64,000 nt of DNA from Phyllobates terribilis (lineage: Eukaryota), in NCBI RefSeq assembly GCF_046119375.1, contig NW_027362765.1, forward strand, positions 440,076,001 to 440,140,000, read 5' to 3'. This document shows, in pieces, positions 46,066 through 57,572 of this stretch. A program made the position numbers and the translations under genes. The notes under the pieces were generated by a model. That model had not been told where the DNA came from and ran no database searches. It saw only the letters and a list, made by a program, of their open reading frames with translations. The number at the start of each line of letters is the position of its first letter. The first letter of the stretch is position 1.

Positions 46066-46313
46066 CTTGAAGCTCATCAAGAGAATGCCAAGAGTGTGCA
46101 AAGCAGTCATCAAAGCAAAAGGTGGCTACTTTGAAGAACCTAGAATATAAGACATATTTTCAGTTGTTTCTCACTTTTTTGTTAAGTATATAATTCCACA
46201 TGTGTTAATTCATAGTTTTGATGCCTTCAGTGTGAATGTACAATTTTCATAGTCATGAAAATACAGAAACATCTTTAAATGAGAAGGTGTGTCCAAACTT
46301 TTGGTTTGTACTG
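46066..46313 (+). mobile_element. Isolated terminal repeat of Tc1 family A
   Basis: LKLIKRMPRVCKAVIKAKGGYFEEPRI* followed by the TIR ending GTACTG-TA. Confidence 0.9.
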
Positions 46314-46365
<52 letters not shown>

Positions 46366-47907
46366 GACGCGCCCCCTGGGCCTGTGTTGTGCGGGGGAAC
46401 CCGGAACCGGGCCTGTTGTAGAATGCTGGGGGTTGTAGACTCCGTGTGGCGGTGACCTGGTCCGTGCCCAGGGTGGTCGAACCAGTGGCAGTCTAAATGT
46501 TGTAATAAGTGTCCGACTACGCCACCCGTGGATTGCGGTCAGTGGGGACCGCCGCTGCGCTGCCGACCGCTGAGGCTGATGTTGGTTGCGCAGCCGAGTA
46601 TGGGATAACTCCCCACGGGAGAAGTATTGCCTCAGGGCAGCTAATGTGGAAGATGATGGGAGTGATGGTGTGAGGGTCCCAGTGCTAATGGTGCAGGAGC
46701 GGCAAGGAATCACAGAGACGTGTGGTGCAGTTCAGGGTCTTTACTGATGGTACAAGGCAGACCCTCCCGGGAGTACTGGCTAGTATAAGGGGCCTGGTCA
46801 GTCTGCGAGCAAGCAGGAGTTCCCCTGGCCAGGTGGAGTTGTAGGCCTCCCCGTTTATCTGCACTCTTCCTGGCTACCTTGCTGTCAGCGGTTACAAGTA
46901 GCCCACGTCCCTGAGTATACCGTGTGGTGCTCACCCGTATGGCTGGTGACTTGGGGCCTTCTGTTAGCCTCCGCTCCTGGATGGCGGCGCTGGTCCCTTC
47001 TTTGTGACTGAGCCTCCGGGCTTCTATGGCCAGAGGACCTGGAATCCCCTGCCGGCTGGTTTCTGCTGCTGGGTGTATATCAGTCCCCACAGCCTCGGAC
47101 TCCTGTGTCCGGTTTTAGTGTCTTCGTCCAGGGCGAGCTCTGCTCAGCTCCAGCCCCTGGACTTCAGCTACTGCTCCTCCAGAGCTCCTGATCTCACTTT
47201 CCCTCTCCAGACTCTGACTCTGTCTGCAGCTTCACTCTCTAATCCCGCCCCAGACCCAGTTTATAAGGGCAGATTCCTCCCCTCCCAGGTCTGGGTGGGC
47301 CGTGTTGCATGTTTAGGGCTCCTGACCAGAGAAACCTCCCACTTGCTCTCAGACATAATATCTCTATTACTGTGGCAACCAGACCCCTGGGGTGTCACAT
47401 TCCCCCCTAGTAAATTTTAGTACTCTGGGACTAAACACATTTTTTTTTAAAGAAACATAAATACAGGGTATAATAATAATACAATAACATATTCACAAGA
47501 AACTTTAGTCTGTAGAGGTCACGGCGTTTCTGTGACCGGGTGTCCATATCACCCAAGGTGAAGTTTATGAAGCAAAGGGGGTGTCCATGTCACCCAACAA
47601 GGCGAAGTCTTGGCACAGAATAGGGGACCTGTCCAAAGCAAACCCCTTGCGTTGTCCTTGGGCGTGGCTGCAAGGGTAGACTAACTACTTTGGGCCGCAA
47701 GGAGGCCACGCCAGACAGGTTTTCTCTTCCGCGGCCGTCTTCACAAGAGGCACCAAGGTGCAACTATCTACAAAACTGTTCCGGTTATCCAGTGTCCATA
47801 ACCTGTTAGTCCAAATAAATCTGCAGGGTAACTGAGAAACATAATTAGTAACAGGCAACAAACATAAACCATAAACATTTAAACAGATAAATTCACAGTG
47901 CATTGGT

Positions 47908-50900
47908 TTAGATTCTCCAGCGAGCGGGCATCTGACCTCTAGTGACTCTAGTGGACCTACGGAGCTCACTAACTGGTTCTGCACTACAGGGTGTAGGAGG
48001 TGTTATGGGCAAGCTGGGCAGCTTTCTGCGCACTCTTTGGCTCACTAGGGGCACGGCAGGCTCACTACTAGCAGAGGGTTGATCCTCCTGTACTGCTGGT
48101 GTGGACTCTTCTGCCTCTTGGGCCGGCTGCTCTTCCAGCTCTACCGGTTCCTCTGTAGGCACTTGCAGGGCTGGCTGGAGAAAGGTGAGGACGGGTACCA
48201 CGACAGCGCCGTTTACTTGTGTCCAAGACCGGGGGAAGTCTCCGAGTATGGTACTGATCATTTCTTCCCTTTCCTCTGCGGGTTGAGGGTTTTCTTGATC
48301 TTCTTCAGGGCTTTGCAGCTGCTCGGGACACTTCTTCAGGTGGTCTCTGGAGACAATGGCTGTGGTTTCTCCTCCATCCTTACTGATTACGCAGATTTTT
48401 GGGTTCTCATGGCTTGATGGCAGTACGGTGTACGGGTCCTTCTCCCACTGGTCGTCCAACTTGTGGAGCCGCCTCTTCCTCTTCAAGACCTGCTCTCCAT
48501 GTACCAGGGGAACAGCGGGAGCATACTGGTTATAAGCCTTCTCTTGCCTTTCTCTAGCTTGAGACAGACTTCGCTCGACGCTCTCCTGTACTTTCCGATA
48601 CTGCTGCTGCCGTTCTGTATCCCAGTCTGCCTCTGGCGAGGTGTCCTCAGGCGTCAGGACTCCCATATCCAGGTCAATAGGCAGCTTACCAGGTCTTGCT
48701 CTCATTAGGTAAGCTGGGGTACAGTTGGTGGAACTTACAGGGATGTGGTTATACAGGTCCACCAGATCGGGCAGTTTCTCAGGCCACAGACTGCGTTCTT
48801 CCAGGGGCAATGTTTTTAGCAGATCTATCACCACCTGGTTCATCTTCTCGCAGAGTCCATTGGTTTGAGGGTGATAGGGCGTTGTTCTTATCTTCTTGCA
48901 GCCATACAGGTTGCAGAACTCCTGGAAGACCTCCGCTTCGAAGGCTGGTCCTTGGTCTGTCAACACTTGGTCCGGGTACCCGTGTGGACGGCAGAAGTGC
49001 TGCTGGAAGGCTCTAGCTGCTGTTTGAGCCGTTAAGTCCTTGACCGGGACCACCACCAGGAACCGGGAGTAATGATCTACGATTGTGAGGGCGTAGACAT
49101 ACCCAGATCTGCTTGGAGCCAGTTTCACATGGTCCAGGGCTACCAGTTCCAGTGGCTGTCTGGTGATGATGGGCTGCAAGGGAGTCTTCTGGCTGGCTCG
49201 GTCTTTTCTTCTCAGGTGGCACGGGCCACAGTCTCTGCACCACCTCTCGATGGCTCCTCTCATGCCTACCCAGTAGAACCGTTCACGCAACAAGAACTCC
49301 AGCTTCTTCCATCCGAAATGCCCAGCTCCGTTGTGGTATGCCTCCAGAACCATAGCCGCGTCTCGTCTTGGGACCACTACCTGCCAGGTCAACTCATGTG
49401 TTCGAGAGTTAACCATTCTCCGGCACAGCTTCTCCCTGTAGAGGAACAGCTTACTTTTCTCCTTCCACAGTTGCTTGGTCTCCTCCGGAGCATCTGGGTC
49501 AAGACGGGCATCGGCCTGGGTCAGCATTTCCTTCACCAAATGGACTGCGGGATCACTGTCTTGCGTCTCCGCCCAGTTGTAGTGGGGCAAGGGATTGAAC
49601 GTCACGGAGCGCCTGTCCTTCACACGGTGGGAATACAGGGTAATCCCATGACGGTGGAACGCAGGGAGCTCAACTTCTTCCAGATCTTCTGGATCTTCCC
49701 CTACGTCCGGTAAGTTCGGTATTCTAGACAGGGCATCCGCGTTGGCATTTGAGCGTCCTGCCCGGTATTTGATGGTGAATTCAAAGTTGGACAGGCGGGC
49801 CATCCATCTCTGTTCCAGGGCACCGAGCCTTGCAGTGTCCAGGTGTGTCAACGGGTTGTTATCCGTGTACACGGTGAATTTGGAGGAGGCAAGGTAATGC
49901 TTGAAACGTTCGGTCACTGCCCACACTACTGCCAGGAACTCCAGCTTGAATGAGCTATAATTCTCAGGGTTCCTCTCCGTGGGCCGTAGCTTTCGGCTGG
50001 CGTAAGTGATTACCCGTTCTTTCCCTTGCTGGATCTGGGACAGTACGGCTCCTAGCCCGATGTTGCATGCGTCCGTGTGGAGGATAAAGGGCTGGCTGTA
50101 GTCTGGATATGCCAGGATTTCATCCCCCGTGAGGGCCATCTTCAGCTGGCAGAAGGACTCCTCTTCCAGCTTTTCCCACCTGAAGGGCGGCTTCTGGTTT
50201 TTGGCTTTCCGAGATTGACCTATCAGGAGGTCCTGCATAGGGGCTGCCATTTTGGTGAAACCGGGAATGAATCTTCGGTAGTAGCCTACCAACCCGAGGA
50301 ACTGCCGCACTTCCTTTATGCTGGAGGGTCTTGGCCAGTCCTTAATCACAGTGATCTTATCAGGGTCGGGAGCCACTCCGTCAGCACTCACCACGTGTCC
50401 CAGGTACTGCACCTTTGGTTTCAGGAGGTGACACTTGGAGGGTTTCACCTTTAGGCCGTAATTCGCCAGAGCTTCGAAAACTTCTGCCAGGTGTTTCAGG
50501 TGGTCCTCGTAGGTCTTGGAATAGACGATGACATGTCCAGGTATAACAGGACCGTCTCGAAGTTCCGGTGTCCCAGACAGCATTCCATCAACCGTTGGAA
50601 GGTTCCTGGTGCGTTGCAGAGCCCAAACGGCATGCAGTTAAATTCACTGAGACCCATCGGGGTGGTGAATGCGGTCTTCTCCCGGTCCGCCTCTGCTACA
50701 GGAACCTGCCAGTACCCGCTAGTGAGATCCAAAGTAGAGAAGAAGTTAGCAGATTTTAATGCAGCTAAGGACTCTTCTATCCTTGGTAACGGGTACGCAT
50801 CTTTGTGTGTGATACGGTTGACCTTCCTGTAGTCTACACACATTCTCATGGTGTTGTCTTTCTTTTTCACTAAGACTAGTGGAGCTGCCCAGGGGCTACA

Positions 50901-52163
50901 GCTGTCCCTGATTACCCCAGCCTCCTTCATGTCTCTAAGCATCCCCTTGGCGTGTTGGTAGTGTGCCGGGGGTACGGGTCGGTATCTCTCCATTATGGGA
51001 GGATGGTCTCCCGTGGGGATGTGGTGTTCTACCCCCTTTACTCGCCCGAAGTCTAGCGGGTGTTTACTAAACACTCTCTCGTACTCTCGAACCACCCGAT
51101 AGACTCCCTGTTTCTGGTGTGAGGGAGTGGAGTCAGTACCCAAATGCAGTTGCTGACACCAGTCCTCCATTGGTTTCTTAGAGCCGTTACCTTCCTCTGG
51201 TTGAGATGGAGGCAAGGGTTCCACGGCCTGTACAGAATTCTGGTTTATGGTGAACAATTTGGCTAGCGTGGCATACCGGGGCAGGTGTACTTCTCTCTCC
51301 CCGATATTTATGATGCGAACGGGCACCCTCCCATGGCGTACATCGACCACCCCCCGTGCTGTCAAAATGGTGGGCCTACTGTCTGAGTAGACGGGTTCTA
51401 CCATTGCTTGGTAGTCTCTACCTCTTAGACCAATAGCTGCCCGGCACCAAATCATCATCTCACTTTTTGGGGGCATGGCAATAGGGAACGGGTCACACAT
51501 TCTCACGCTACCTATCTCACCACCAGATAGTTCCACCTGTTGCCGCTTCATCAGTGCCCGGATCTCTTTTTGGAGCACACGCTGCTGGCCGGAACTGGCG
51601 TTCTTGGCAACCTGCTGTAAAATGAGAATCACCTCTGCAAGACAATTTTCAATCACATTACTTCCCAAGGTTATTCTAGGGTGACTCTCATGACGGTCTA
51701 TGTCCACTATAATCAGTCCTTGTGCCGCCAGTTCGACTTTACCGATCTTAATGGTCACCTCTTTGAATCCCACCTGCGGCACGGGCTGACCATTGCTGGC
51801 GATGATACTCAGGTCGTCATCTGGGTAGCGGGTTATGTCCGAGTCATTCCAGTACTGCTTGAAGAGCACGTACGGGATGGTGGTGACCTGTGACCCGGTG
51901 TCTAGTAGGGCACTCATAGGAATGCCATCCAGTACCACAGGCAAGATTGGACGTCCCCCTACGTATTTATCACGCCAGTTTGATGGGCCTGATGGTCTTA
52001 TGCCTGGGGGTTGGCCCTCTACCCCAGGTTGTGCCCGTTTAAATGACAGTACCTTGCCACATGTCCGGGTTGATTGCAGTGGCGGCAGATGGGTCGTCCG
52101 TCCTCGTTGTATCTGTCGCTGGGTCTTCCTCTGGCCAGTGGGGTCCTCCTCAGTCGGTGCCAC
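47908..52163 (-). CDS. pol: Element C Pol (PR-RT-RH-IN) with one 1-nt deletion in the YLDD codons at about 50534
   Basis: ORFs 50496-52163 and 47908-50583. Protease LLDTGSQ; RT LDLTSGYWQ, FGLCNAPGTFQR; RH LHTDAC, TDNNPL; IN H-H-C-C zinc motif, ALDH, TDQG, NGLCEKMN. No chromodomain. Confidence 0.93.
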
Positions 52164-53002
52164 GGGACGTCCTCCGGTCCGGATGCCAGCTGGATCTTTC
52201 CTGGAGAAGAGACCTGTAAAGACTGCACAGTTCTGGTTAGCGCGGCAACGCTCTTAGTCAGCTCTTGGACCTGATGGTGCAGGTCTGTAGCCGGGTCACT
52301 GTTTAAAGCCTGCGCATCAGCTCCCACAGGCCCTGCAGACAAGGGCGCCGTCTCCTGGTGGTAAGTGATAGCAGGGCGCCTGTGGGTCACAGCGCCACCT
52401 GGTGCCGGTTCTCGGAGCACCCGGATGGCTCTGTCCTTAAACTGTGCAAAGTCCAGGTCAGGGTCCTGTAAGGCCATTGCCCGCAACTGGGTTCGGTGGG
52501 CATTGCACAGTAGACCCTCAATAAATTGTTCAGTCAACAGCTTATCTTCATTTCCCATGCTGTCAGGGTCTGCCTGCTTAATGGCTCTCAGGGCCTCTTG
52601 TAGGTTTAGAGCATAGTCTCTTATACTCTCATGTGCCCGTTGTTTGCACCCATAATATCTTAGTTTTATTTCGGCTGAGGTGCGGGTGTCAAATGTGTCT
52701 TTCAGCCGGGTTAGTATGTCTCTGACAGTCCTCTTCCTCCCAGGTGGCCAGGACTTTACCTCCCTTTGGGCTGCCCCGATTAATTGGGCCACCAGGATGC
52801 TCACTTTTTGCTCTTCTGTGAGGGGGTACACCTGGAAGAGGCTATCCAGTCTTTCTCTAAAGTCATTTAGAGTATGTGACTCCCCTGAGTACTGGGGTAG
52901 CCAGGTTGCCCCCGGGATATAGGGCATGGTGAATGGCATGACTGCTGCAGCGGTTGCGCTGGTGGTAGCTGTGGCAGTGGAGCTCCCCTCGGTATCCGGC
53001 AT
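52019..53002 (-). CDS. gag: Element C Gag (PNMA-like) with CCHC knuckle
   Basis: PWLPQYSG-like capsid start (TWLPQYSGE); CRHCNQPGHVARYC; slippery T TTA AAC at 52043-52037 with pol in the -1 frame. Confidence 0.92.
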   Translation of the reverse strand: MPDTEGSSTATATTSATAAAVMPFTMPYIPGATWLPQYSGESHTLNDFRERLDSLFQVYPLTEEQKVSILVAQLIGAAQREVKSWPPGRKRTVRDILTRLKDTFDTRTSAEIKLRYYGCKQRAHESIRDYALNLQEALRAIKQADPDSMGNEDKLLTEQFIEGLLCNAHRTQLRAMALQDPDLDFAQFKDRAIRVLREPAPGGAVTHRRPAITYHQETAPLSAGPVGADAQALNSDPATDLHHQVQELTKSVAALTRTVQSLQVSSPGKIQLASGPEDVPWHRLRRTPLARGRPSDRYNEDGRPICRHCNQPGHVARYCHLNGHNLG

Positions 53003-53433
53003 CCTCCTCCCCCCTAGTGGACCGTGGCCTACCTTGCGATGCTCTTCTTCCGTAGGCCGCGGCTCCGCAGTCGATCGTCGGGGTTGAGGACCTGGCGTCG
53101 CGCTCCGATGACGTCAGCGTCGCTCTTCCTCCCTTCCAGGACCTTGCGCAGCGTCAGAGCGTGGGGCGGAGCTTCGGATCTCGTGCGCTTTCGGCGTCCA
53201 CGCCCCTCTTCTTCCCGTGCGGCGTCCCGAAGATGGCGTCCGAAGGCGGGAAGCAGCTGCGGATGGCGGGAAGAAGGCAGAAGACGGCGGGAAACGGTCC
53301 AAGATGACGTCTGATGGCGGGAATCGGCTCCGGATGGCGGGAAAAACGACTCCGGACGGCGGGAAACTTCACCACAGGTAAGTATAAAAGTCTCTTTTTC
53401 AGGCACGCAGTACCCGGTGGTTGCGGGCACGAA

Positions 53434-53451
53434 ATCCTGCCGACTACGCCA
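53434..53451 (-). promoter_or_regulatory. tRNA-Ser primer-binding site of C
   Basis: The plus strand reads ATCCTGCCGACTACGCCA, identical to the tRNA-Ser 3' end. Confidence 0.92.
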
Positions 53452-54516
53452 AAGTTGACACGCCCCCTGGGCCTGTGTTGTGCAGGGGAACCCGGAACCG
53501 GGCCTGTTGTAGAATGCTGGGGGTTGTAGTCTCCGTGTGGCGGTGACCCGGTCCGTGCCCAGGGTGGTCAAACCAGTGGCAGTCTAAATGTTGTAATAAG
53601 TGTCCGACTACGCCACCCGTGGATTGCGGTCAGTGGGGACCGCCGCTGCACTGCCGACCGCTGAGGCTGATGTTGGTTGCGCAGCCGAGTATGGGATAAC
53701 TCCCCACGGGAGAAGTATTGCCTCAGGGCAGCTAATGTGGAAGATGATGGGAGTGATGGTGTGAGGGTCCCAGTGCTAATGGTGCAGGAGCGGCAAGGAA
53801 TCACAGAGACGTGTGGTGCAGTTCAGGGTCTTTACTGATGGTACAAGGCAGACCCTCCCGGGAGTACTGGCTAGTATAAGGGGCCTGGTCAGTCTGCGAG
53901 CAAGCAGGAGTTCCCCTGGCCAGGTGGAGTTGTAGGCCTCCCCGTTTATCTGCACTCTTCCTGGCTACCTTGCTGTCAGCGGTTACAAGTAGCCCACGTC
54001 CCTGAGTATACCGTGTGGTGCTCACCCGTATGGCTGGTGACTTGGGGCCTTCTGTTAGCCTCCGCTCCTGGATGGCGGCGCTGGTCCCTTCTTTGTGACT
54101 GAGCCTCCGGGCTTCTATGGCCAGAGGACCTGGAATCCCCTGCCGGCTGGTTTCTGCTGCTGGGTGTATATCAGTCCCCACAGCCTCGGACTCCTGTGTC
54201 CGGTTTTAGTGTCTTCGTCCAGGGCGAGCTCTGCTCAGCTCCAGCCCCTGGACTTCAGCTACTGCTCCTCCAGAGCTCCTGATCTCACTTTCCCTCTCCA
54301 GACTCTGACTCTGTCTGCAGCTTCACTCTCTAATCCCGCCCCAGACCCAGTTTATAAGGGCAGATTCCTCCCCTCCCAGGTCTGGGTGGGCCGTGTTGCA
54401 TGTTTAGGGCTCCTGACCAGAGAAACCTCCCACTTGCTCTCAGACATAATATCTCTATTACTGTGGCAACCAGACCCCTGGGGTGTCACATATATATATA
54501 TATATGTATATATACA

Positions 54517-56070
54517 CACTGCTCAAACGAATAAAGGGAACAGTCAAAATATTCTCATTGAATACTTTGTTCTGTGCAAAGTTGAATGTGCTGACAACAA
54601 AATCACACAAGAATCATCAATGGAAATCAAATTTATTAACCAATGGAGGCCTGGATTTGGAGTCACCCCCAAAATTAAAGTGGAAAAACACACTACAGGC
54701 TGATCCAACTTTGATGTAATGTCCTTAAAACAAGTCAAAATGAGGCTCAGTATTGTGTGTGGCCTCCACGTGCCTGTATGACCTCCCTACAACGCCTGGG
54801 CATGCTCCTGATAAGGTTGCAGATGGTGTCCTGTGGGACCTCCTCCCAGACCTGGACTAAAACATCCGCCAACTCCTGGACAGTCTGTGGTGCAATGTGA
54901 CGTTGGTGGATGGAGCGAGACATGATGTCTCAGATGTGCTCAATCGGATTCAGGTCTGGGGAACGGACAGGCCAGTCCATAGCTTCAATACCTTTATCTT
55001 GCAGGAACTGCTGACACACTCCAGCCACATGAGGTCTGGCATTGTCCTGCATTAGGAGGAACCCAGGGCCAACCACACCAGCATATGGTCTCACAAGGGG
55101 TCTGAGGATCTCATCTCGGTACCTAATGGCAGTCAGGCTACCTCTGGCGAGCACATGGAGGGCCGTGCGGCCCTCCAAAGAAATGCCACCCCACACCATT
55201 ACTGACTCACTGTCAAACCGGTCATGCTGAAGGATGTTGCTGGCAGCAGATCGCTCTCCACGGCGTCTCCAGACTCTGTCACGTCTGTCACATGTGCTCA
55301 GCGTAAACCTGCTTTCATCTGTGAAGAGCACAGGGCGCCAGTGGCGACTTTGCCAATCCTGGTGTTCTGTGGAAAATGCCAAGCGTCCTGCACGGTTTTG
55401 GGCTGTGAGCACAACCCCCATCTGTGGACGTCGGGCCCTCATATCACTCTCATGGAGTCGGTTTCTAACCGTTTGTGCAGACACATGCACATTTATGGCC
55501 TGCTGGAGGTCATTTTGCAGGGCTCTGGCAGTGCTCCTCCTGTCTGTTCCTCCTTGCACAAAGGTGGAGGTAGCGGTCCTGCTGCTGGGTTGTTGCCTTC
55601 CTACGGCCCCCTCCACGTCTCCTGGTGTACTGGCCTGTCTCCTGGTAGCACCTCCAGCCTCTGGACACTACACTGACAGACACAGCAAACTTTCTTGCCA
55701 TAACTCGCATTGATGTGCCATCCTGGATGAGCTGCACTACCTGAGCAACTTCTGTGGGTTGTAGAGTCCGTATCATGCTACCGCGAGTGTGAAAGCACAA
55801 CAAACATTCAAAAGTAACCAAAACATCAGCCAGAAAGCATTGATACTGAGATGTGGTCTGTGGTCCCCACCTGCAGAACCACTGCTTTATTGAGTGTGCC
55901 TTGATAATTGCCAATAATTTCCATCTATTGTCTATTCCATTTGCACAACAGCATGTGAAATTGATTGTCAATCAGTGTTGCTTCCTAAGTGGACAGTTTG
56001 ATTTCACAGAAGTTTGATTTACTTGGAGTTATATTCTGCTGTTTAAGTGTACCATTTATTATTTTGAGCA

Positions 56071-56073
<3 letters not shown>
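54517..56073 (-). mobile_element. Tc1 family H copy 1, decayed
   Basis: TIR CACTGCTCAAA..ATAAAGGGAAC; ORF 54930-55616 has [27 protein letters not shown]. Confidence 0.92.
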
Positions 56074-56143
<70 letters not shown>

Positions 56144-56150
56144 ATATATA
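56073..56150. repeat. (TA)n microsatellite; others at 46314-46364, 54491-54514 and 61270-61327
   Basis: Directly visible. Confidence 0.95.
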
Positions 56151-57572
56151 CAGTACAGTCCAAAAGTTTGGACACTCCTTCTCATTTAAAGATTTTTCTG
56201 TATTTTCATGACTTTGAAAATTGTACATTCACACTGAAGGCATCAAAACTATGAATTAACACATGTGGAATTATATACTTAACAAAAAAGTGTGAAACAA
56301 CTGAAAATATGTCTTATATTCTAGGTTCTTCAAAGTAGGCACCTTTTGCTTTGATGACTGCTTTGCACACTCTTGGCATTCTCTTGATGAGCTTCAAGAG
56401 GTAGTCACCGGAAATGGTTTTCACTTCACAGGTGTGCCCTGTCAGGTTTAATAAGTGGGATTTCTTGCCTTATAAATGGGGTTGGGACCATCAGTTGTGT
56501 TGTGCAGAAGTCAGGTGGATACACAGCTGATAGTCCTACTGAATAGACTGTTAGAATTTGTATTATGGCAAAAAAAGCAGCTAAGTAAAGAAAAACGAGT
56601 GGCTATAATTACTTTAAGAAATGAAGGTCAGTCAGTGTGAAAAATTGGGAAAACTTTGAAAGTGTCCCCAAGTGCAGTTGCAAAAACCATCAAGCGCTAC
56701 AAAGAAACTCGCTCACATGAGGACTGCCCCAGAAAAGGAAGACCAAGAGTCACCTCTGCTTCTGAGGATAAGTTTATCCGAGTCACCAGCCTCAGAAATC
56801 GCAGGTTAACAGCAGCTCAGATTAGAGACCAGGTCAATGCCACACAGAGTTCTAGCAGCAGACACATCTCTACAACAACTGTTAAGAGGAGACTTTGTGC
56901 AGCGGGCCTTCATGGTAAAATAGCTGCTAGGAAACCACTGATAAGGACAGGCAACAAGCAGAAGAGACTTGTTTGGGCTAAAGAACACAAGGAATGGACA
57001 TTAGACCAGTGGAAATCTGTGCTTTGGTCTGATGAGTCCAAATTTGAGATCTTTGGTTCCAACCACCATGTCTTTGTGCGACGCAGAAAAGGTGAACGGA
57101 TGGACTCTACATGCCTGGTTCCCACCGTGAAGCATGGAGGAGGAGGTGTGATGGTGTGGGGGTGCTTTTCTGGTGACACTGTTGGGGATTTATTCAAAAT
57201 TGAAGGCATACTAAACCTGCATGGCTACCACAGCATCTTGCAGCGGCATGCTATTCCATCCGGTTTGCGTTTAGTTGGACCATCATTTATTTTTCAACAG
57301 GATAATGACCCCAAACACACCTCCAGGTTGTGTAAGGGCTATTTGACCAAGAAGGAGAGTGATGGGGTGCTATGCCAGATGACCTGGCCTCCACAGTCAC
57401 CAGACCTGAACCCAATCGAGATGGTTTGGGGTGAGCTGGACCGCAGAGTGAAGGCAAAAAGGCCAACAAGTGCTAAGCATATCTGGGAACTCCTTCAAGA
57501 TTGTTGGAAGACCATTTCCGGTGACTACCTCTTGAAGCTCATCAAGAGAATGCCAAGAGTGTGCAAAGCAGT

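Larger units (their letters stand above)
46365..54490 (-). mobile_element. Element C: near-intact autonomous tRNA-Ser-primed Ty3/Gypsy element
   Basis: 1035-bp LTRs 46365-47399 and 53456-54490; 4-bp TSD TATA in a TA repeat; PBS 53434-53451; PPT 47400-47408; gag and pol present. Confidence 0.97.
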
